Assembly: GCA_965250285.1 (NCBI GenBank)
Contig: OZ252299.1
Span: 4,864,001 to 4,928,000, forward strand
Source: Myxococcota bacterium
GTDB lineage: Bacteria > Myxococcota_A > UBA9160 > UBA4427
Length of the DNA: 64,000 bases
Direction: 5' to 3'
In this document: one piece after another, positions 58,398 to 64,000 of the stretch
Layout: every line of letters starts with the position of its first letter
Position numbering within the stretch: the stretch's first letter is position 1
Notes under the pieces: model-generated
Databases searched by the model: none
Seen by the model: only the letters and a program-made list of their open reading frames with translations
What the model was told of the DNA's origin: nothing
Translations under genes and position numbers: made by a program

Positions 58398-59735
58398 GTG
58401 AGCATCAAAGTCTGCAAATTCGGCGGCTCGAGCGTCGCGGACGCCGCCCAGCTGCGAAAGGTCCAGGCACTCGTCGAGGCCGACCCCGAGCGCAGGGTCA
58501 TCGTGCCCTCGGCCCCAGGCAAGCGCAGCCAGGACGACGTCAAGGTCACAGACCAGCTCTACCGCTGCCGCGATCTCGCCGGGGCGGGCGAAGATCTCGC
58601 CGACGCCTGGGCTTGGACGGTCGATCGCTACCAGTCGATCGTGAGCGAGCTCGGTCTGGCTCTCGATCTGACCGGCGAGCTCGAGGGCGTGCGCAAGCAG
58701 ATCGAGTCGGGCGCGAGCGCCGACTACGTGGCGAGCCGCGGCGAGTATCTGAACGGGCACGTGGTCGCCGCACTGCTCGGCTTCGAGTTCGTCGACCCGG
58801 CCGAGCTGATCCACTTCGATGACGCGGGTCGCTTCGACGCCGAACGCACGCAGCAGACCGTGAACGCCCAGCTCGTCTCGAAGGCCAAAGCGAACGGTGT
58901 GGTCGTGCCCGGCTTCTACGGTGCCGACCCGTCGGGCGAAATCGTCACCTTCTCACGCGGTGGCTCCGACATCACGGGCGCGATCCTCGCGCGCGGGGTG
59001 GGTGCCTCGGTGTACGAGAACTGGACCGACGTCCCCGGCGTGCTGATGACCGATCCGCGCATCGTCGATCAACCGGCGACGATCGAGCTCATGACCTACC
59101 GCGAGCTTCGTGAGCTCGCGTACATGGGCGCGACGGTGCTCCACGACGAGGCGATCTTCCCCGTGCGTGCCGCCGGCATTCCCGTGAACATTCGGGACAC
59201 GAATCAGCCCGAACATCCGGGCACGATGATCGTGCCGAGCGAACAGTCGATGGGACGCAAGGCGGGCCGCATCACCGGCATCGCCGGTCGAAAGGACTTC
59301 TCGATCATCGCCGTCGAAAAGACGTTGATGAACGCCGAGGTCGGCTTCGGTATGAAGATGCTCGGCGTGCTCGAGCGCCGGGGGATCCCCTTCGAGCACA
59401 TGCCTTCGGGCATCGACACGATGAGCCTGGTGCTGAAGGACGCCCACGTCGGCGATCAGCTCGAGGCGCTCGCCGAAGAGATCCGAGAGGCGTGCGACGC
59501 CGATGCGCTCGAGATCTACCGGAACATCGCGCTCATCGCGACGGTGGGGCGTGGCATGTCGCATCAGCCCGGCATGGCGGCGCGGTTGTTCGACGCGCTC
59601 TTTCGGGCCGGCGTCAACGTGCGCATGATCGATCAGGGCTCGAGCGAGCTCAACATCATCGTCGGTGTCGAGGCGGACGACTTTCGCACGGCCGTGCGCG
59701 CCATCTACGACGCGTTCACCCGCGAAGACGGCTGA
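58398..59735 (+). CDS. lysC: Aspartate kinase
   Basis: KFGGSSVAD, VPSAPGK, SRGE, RGGSDITG, WTDV.G...DPRIV, two ACT domains (MIDQGSSE). Confidence 0.92.
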   Translation: MSIKVCKFGGSSVADAAQLRKVQALVEADPERRVIVPSAPGKRSQDDVKVTDQLYRCRDLAGAGEDLADAWAWTVDRYQSIVSELGLALDLTGELEGVRKQIESGASADYVASRGEYLNGHVVAALLGFEFVDPAELIHFDDAGRFDAERTQQTVNAQLVSKAKANGVVVPGFYGADPSGEIVTFSRGGSDITGAILARGVGASVYENWTDVPGVLMTDPRIVDQPATIELMTYRELRELAYMGATVLHDEAIFPVRAAGIPVNIRDTNQPEHPGTMIVPSEQSMGRKAGRITGIAGRKDFSIIAVEKTLMNAEVGFGMKMLGVLERRGIPFEHMPSGIDTMSLVLKDAHVGDQLEALAEEIREACDADALEIYRNIALIATVGRGMSHQPGMAARLFDALFRAGVNVRMIDQGSSELNIIVGVEADDFRTAVRAIYDAFTREDG

Positions 59736-59850
59736 CGCGACAGCGAGTGGGCGCTCGCCTCGCCATCGCGCGGTCGCACCCGAGCGGCCGTCGCGCACTG
59801 CCGGCGCCGTCGTTCGGCGCATCGAGAGCCGACCCGCGGAGCCCGTGCCG

Positions 59851-60342
59851 ATGACGCCCGCAGACCGCTACTGGGATCAATTCGTCGAGTCGTGCGCTTT
59901 CGATGCGCGCCCCGCGCGCCGCTACGTCGAGGCGTTCTGCTTTGGCTTCGATGGCTCGGATGCCGCGACGACGACCGAAATCGCCGAGCTCGTGAAGTCG
60001 GGCGTCAAGACCGCGACCGGATCTCTGCTCTGGGCCTACGCCTTCGACGACAAGCCCGTGCCCGCCGTCGGCGACGACTGGGTGGTGCTCGCGAGCGTGG
60101 GTCGACCGGCCTGCATCATCCGCACGACCCACGTCGACATCTGGCCCTTCAACGAGGTGCCGGCGATCTACGCCGAGCTGGGTGGCGAGGGAGACCGAAG
60201 CGTGCCCCATTGGCAGGGGTTGTATCGGCGTTACATCGAAGAGGAGTGCGCGCGCATGGGCCGCCCTGCAAGCGACGAAGCGCCGCTCGTGATGGAGCGC
60301 TTCGAGTGCATCTACGCCGACCGGCTCGCCCCCGCCCCCTAG
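59851..60342 (+). CDS. ASCH domain protein
   Basis: L..GVKTATGS, P.VGD.WVV, CII.T..V...F.EV....A..GEGD.S...W. Confidence 0.85.
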   Translation: MTPADRYWDQFVESCAFDARPARRYVEAFCFGFDGSDAATTTEIAELVKSGVKTATGSLLWAYAFDDKPVPAVGDDWVVLASVGRPACIIRTTHVDIWPFNEVPAIYAELGGEGDRSVPHWQGLYRRYIEEECARMGRPASDEAPLVMERFECIYADRLAPAP

Positions 60343-60545
60343 TCCGACTTCGTCGCTCAGCGAGGCTGTGGTGCGCGCGACCGGCGCGTTCAGGCGGCCC
60401 GCATGTGCCCGCCCACCGCGGCGATCCGGACGCGATGCCCGGTTCGGTCCAATCGATCGCACCGAGCGCCCGCCCTGCCCTGCTACCGTCGGTCGAATCC
60501 CGGGCGGTTTCATCGATCCTTCGCCTTCACGATTCGAGCTGCATC

Positions 60546-61169
60546 ATGTCCGAGCCGCTTCAGCCCCAGCACGCCGGTGACCCGCGCCGCCATCCGTTCC
60601 ACCTGCGCTATCGGCAGAGTGCGCGCTTTGCGCGCGACGTCGAGGCCGCGGTCGAGATCGAGGCGTCTCGCGACGTGGTGTGGGAGGCGCTCGTCGACTT
60701 CGACGCGTACCCCGAGTGGAACCCGTTCACGCGCCGCGTCTCGACCGAGCTCGTCGTCGGGGGGCCGGTCGTCCTGGGCGTCGACATGCCCGGCCGCTCG
60801 TACAGCGAGCGCACCGAGTGGGTGAACCTCGTCGAGCCCGGCCGCACCATCTGCTGGGGTATGCACATGGGGCACCCGGCGCTCCTCACCGCGAACCGCT
60901 GGCAGGAGCTGCACGATCTCGGCGGCGGGCGCACGCGCTACTACACCGTCGATCGATTCAGCGGCTGGCTCGTCCCCCTCGTGATGACGCTCTACGGCGA
61001 GCCGACGCGGCTCGGGTTCGAGTCGGTGGCGCACGGGCTCAAAGAGTGGGTCGAGCGCGGTCGTGGCGCGGTCGACGCGAACGCCGCCACAGGCGGCGAA
61101 GCAGAGTCGGCGCAGACCCCCGAGCGTGCACCGCTCGCCGACGAAGTCGAAGAAGGAGCCCCCGCATGA
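60546..61169 (+). CDS. SRPBCC/START-like (polyketide cyclase-like) protein
   Basis: VEIEAS.D.VW.ALVDF..YPEWNPF; C-terminal helix LK..VE. Confidence 0.8.
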   Translation: MSEPLQPQHAGDPRRHPFHLRYRQSARFARDVEAAVEIEASRDVVWEALVDFDAYPEWNPFTRRVSTELVVGGPVVLGVDMPGRSYSERTEWVNLVEPGRTICWGMHMGHPALLTANRWQELHDLGGGRTRYYTVDRFSGWLVPLVMTLYGEPTRLGFESVAHGLKEWVERGRGAVDANAATGGEAESAQTPERAPLADEVEEGAPA

Positions 61170-62434
61170 TCGAGACGGTGAACGACTTCGTTCGCCCGCC
61201 GGCGCCCTGGCCGATTCGCGCGTTCAATGCGCTCGGCCCCACGCTCGCCCGCGTGGGTGCGCTGCCGACCTTCGACGTCGACGCCCTGATGGCGACCGCG
61301 CGCAAGAAGTCGGGTCTCGACGACTTCGGCGACGAGTGGTTTCGCGAACCGCTCGGCAAGCTGATCTGGTCGCTCGAAGAAGAGGCGCAGCTCTCGGCGC
61401 TCGGTCGAACCATCATGCACACTCAGCTCGTGGGCGCACTCGTGACGCGGCTTCGCACCGAGGCGCTCTATGCGGCCCACCCCGAGATCGACGACATCGA
61501 CCTCGGGCGCGTGATCATCATCGCGGGCCTGCAGCGCACGGGTACCACGACCCTCCACCGCCTGCTCTCGGCCGAGCCAAAGATGCGGGCGATGCTCGCA
61601 TGGGAGGCGCTCGGCCCCGCGCCCGGGCCGGGCGAACCGCTGCGTTGGGGCATCGACCCGGGCGAGCCGCCGAAGTCGCGCATTCGGCAGGGCAAGCTCG
61701 CGGAGCGCGGGCTCAAGTTCATCGCCCCGCACTTCTTCGCGATCCATCCGGTCGAGCACGATGCCCCCGAAGAGGACGTGCTGCTGCTCGATGTGTCGTT
61801 CATGAGCCAGTCGCCCGAAGCGACCCTGCACGTGCCGACGTATGCCGCGTGGCTCGAGGGCCAGGACAACATGCCGGCCTATGCGTATCTGCGCAAGCTG
61901 ATGAAGCTGCTCAGCTGGCAGAGTCCGGGGGAACACTGGGTGCTGAAATCGCCGCATCACATGGAGTACATCGACACGGCGCTCGAGGTGTTTCCCGAGG
62001 CGACGATCGTGCAGACCCACCGCGATCCGCGCAAGACGATGGCCTCGTTCGCGAGCATGGTGGCGCACGGTCGTTCGGTGTTCAGCGACGTCGTGTCGGT
62101 CAAGGGCGTGAGCGAGCACTGGACCCGCAAGGTGAAGCGCCTGATGAGACTCTCGATGGAGGTGCGCGATCGCCTCGGTCCCGATCGCTTCATCGACGTG
62201 AGCTACTACGACCTGCTCGAGGACGCGCCGCGTGAGGTCGAGCGCGTCTATGCGAAGGCAGGCATCCCCTTCGACGACATCTCGCGCGCGTCGGTCACCG
62301 CCACGAAGAAGAAGAACGTGCAGCATCGCTATGGCCGCCACCGCTACGGCCTCGGCGATTTCGGGCTCTCTCCCGAGCAGATCGAGCACGAGTTCGGCTT
62401 CTACCGCGAGCGCTACGACATCCCGTTCGAGTGA
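61166..62434 (+). CDS. Sulfotransferase family protein
   Basis: GLQRTGTT.LH (5'-PSB), WVLKSPHH, THRDP....S (3'-PB); ATGA overlap with the upstream gene. Confidence 0.9.
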   Translation: MIETVNDFVRPPAPWPIRAFNALGPTLARVGALPTFDVDALMATARKKSGLDDFGDEWFREPLGKLIWSLEEEAQLSALGRTIMHTQLVGALVTRLRTEALYAAHPEIDDIDLGRVIIIAGLQRTGTTTLHRLLSAEPKMRAMLAWEALGPAPGPGEPLRWGIDPGEPPKSRIRQGKLAERGLKFIAPHFFAIHPVEHDAPEEDVLLLDVSFMSQSPEATLHVPTYAAWLEGQDNMPAYAYLRKLMKLLSWQSPGEHWVLKSPHHMEYIDTALEVFPEATIVQTHRDPRKTMASFASMVAHGRSVFSDVVSVKGVSEHWTRKVKRLMRLSMEVRDRLGPDRFIDVSYYDLLEDAPREVERVYAKAGIPFDDISRASVTATKKKNVQHRYGRHRYGLGDFGLSPEQIEHEFGFYRERYDIPFE

Positions 62435-62471
62435 AGATCCAGTCGCCTGCCCGGCGACGAGAGGAGCGACC

Positions 62472-63491
62472 ATGTCCGACCCGAATACGACGGCCAATGC
62501 CGTGGGCCACAAGAACCCGGTCACCGCCATCCTGACGGCCGTGAGCGACATGCTCTCGAACGAGGGCAAGCTGCCGCCGATGCGCGACGACGTGCGACTC
62601 GATGGTGAGGTGGTGTGCGTGACCGGCGCGAACAGCGGGCTCGGCAAGGCGGTGGCGATCGACTGCGCGCGGCGCGGCGCGAAGGTGCTGATGGCGTGCC
62701 GCGGCGGTCATCCCGAAGCAGGTGAAGACGTGCGGCGGGAGAGCGGCAGCGAAGCCGTCGAGATGCTGCGCGTCGATCTCTCCGATCTCGAGAGCGTGCA
62801 CGCGCTGTGCGACGAGATGAAGGCGCGGGGTGAGCGCGTCGATCGCCTGGTGCTCAACGCCGGTCTCATGCCCGCGAGCTCGCGACGCTCGGCCCAGGGC
62901 TTCGAGCTGATGATGTCGGTGCACTTTCTCGCGAACCGGGTGCTCGTCGATCGACTGCTGGCCGATGGCGTGATCGTGCCGAGCAGCGACCCGGCCGAGC
63001 GGCCGCGCATCGTGTTCGTCGCGAGCGAGGCGCACAAGTCGGCCGAGCCCATCGACTTCGATCGGCTCGGTGACTTCGTCGAGTACGGCGTGCGCGATGG
63101 CATGAAGGAGTACGGCCGCACCAAGCTCATGATGGTGACCTACGCACAGGAGCTGTCGCGCCGCCTCAATCGGGGCGGCGAGCTCGAGGTGGCTGTGCAC
63201 TCGCTGTGCCCCGGTCCGGTTGCTTCGAACATCGCCCGGGACGCGCCGGCCTGGCTCAAGCCGATCATCCCGCCGCTGCTGAAGGTGCTCTTCCGTTCGC
63301 CCGAGAAGGCGGCCGAGCCGGTCGTGCTGCTCACCGCCGATCCGGCGTACGGGGATCAGACGGGGGTGTATCTCCACATGATGCGCGTCAAGCCGCCGTC
63401 CGAGCTCGCGAGTGACGAGCAGAGCGGCGCGCGGATCTGGGAGACGAGTGAGAAGCTGCTCGCGCCGCACGCGGGCGCGCCGGCTCGCTGA
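62472..63491 (+). CDS. SDR family oxidoreductase (retinol-dehydrogenase-like)
   Basis: TGANSGLG, VDLSDL.SV, LNAG, YGRTK; GAGGAG RBS. Confidence 0.88.
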   Translation: MSDPNTTANAVGHKNPVTAILTAVSDMLSNEGKLPPMRDDVRLDGEVVCVTGANSGLGKAVAIDCARRGAKVLMACRGGHPEAGEDVRRESGSEAVEMLRVDLSDLESVHALCDEMKARGERVDRLVLNAGLMPASSRRSAQGFELMMSVHFLANRVLVDRLLADGVIVPSSDPAERPRIVFVASEAHKSAEPIDFDRLGDFVEYGVRDGMKEYGRTKLMMVTYAQELSRRLNRGGELEVAVHSLCPGPVASNIARDAPAWLKPIIPPLLKVLFRSPEKAAEPVVLLTADPAYGDQTGVYLHMMRVKPPSELASDEQSGARIWETSEKLLAPHAGAPAR

Positions 63492-63593
63492 GTCGCCGAT
63501 CCAGACGATCGAGGGCGTCTCCCCTCGGCCAGGTCATGGGCCTTTGAGTCGGGTCCGCGTTTCGCCGATGTGTGTCCGCGGAGGCTCACATCG

Positions 63594-64000
63594 ATGCTCG
63601 CGATCGCCGGCTCGCTCTATCTCGTATCGACGTTCTTCTTCGCAGCGCTCGCGCTGGTCGTCGGCATGCGGCTGCTCCTGCTGTGGCGGCGCACGCGCAA
63701 TCTGCCCGAGCTCCTGCTCGGCGCGGGCGTGCAGCTGACCGCGTCGTGGGGCTATGGGGTGATGATCTTCTCGATGATCGCCCGCCAGGCGCTCGAGGCT
63801 CCGGCCCATCCGATCGGCATCGCGGCCACGACGTTCGGATGGGTGGCCCACGATCTCGGTGTGATCTGCATGCTCGCGTTCATCCTCCACGTCTTCCGGC
63901 CCGGCGCCGCCTGGGCGAGAGGCCTCGCCTTGGCGCTCGTCGCGCTGCTGCTCGTGGGCTTCGTCGGCAACTTCGTGAGTGGCGGCATGGCTTCGGGCGT
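63594..64000 (+). CDS. Uncharacterised membrane protein, truncated by the window end (homolog of 4168-4899)
   Basis: Hand translation MLAIAGSLYLVSTFFFAALALVVGMRLLLLWRRTRNLPELLLG..., open to the end; GGAGG upstream. Confidence 0.7.
   Translation, partial: MLAIAGSLYLVSTFFFAALALVVGMRLLLLWRRTRNLPELLLGAGVQLTASWGYGVMIFSMIARQALEAPAHPIGIAATTFGWVAHDLGVICMLAFILHVFRPGAAWARGLALALVALLLVGFVGNFVSGGMASG

Overview
High-GC (~68-70% by eye) bacterial chromosome segment, most consistent with a Myxococcota/'Deltaproteobacteria'-type genome (inferred from the split atp operons and the parAB-bactofilin-atpF'F order). It appears to span the replication-origin region. Genes diverge from a 640-bp intergenic gap at 40819-41457: leftward dnaN-gyrB-gyrA-hemL-atpZ/I/B/E-tmk, rightward rpmH-rnpA-yidD-yidC-jag-[2x parS]-rsmG-parA-parB-bactofilin-atpF'FHAGDC. 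dnaA, recF, mnmE and mnmG are absent from their usual slots. The gap keeps an AT-rich DnaA-trio-like tract, but I find no canonical DnaA box in it. At 16.7-29.4 kb is a surface-glycan/protein-sorting locus: degenerate CPBP protein, exosortase-EpsI fusion, secreted FG-GAP-like repeat protein, methyltransferase, a 1310-aa sulfotransferase/coiled-coil/GT2/GT4 fusion, Wzm/Wzt with a C-terminal domain, and a GT2. The flanks carry catabolic and accessory genes: a halohydrin dehalogenase-signature SDR, Rieske oxygenase, P450, MFS, Fpg, surA, uvrA, a flavoprotein, aspartate kinase and a sulfotransferase operon. Several structured or repeated intergenic elements are present. No rRNA, tRNA, CRISPR array or transposase was recognised. 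All calls come from motif reading by eye; no database searches were run.
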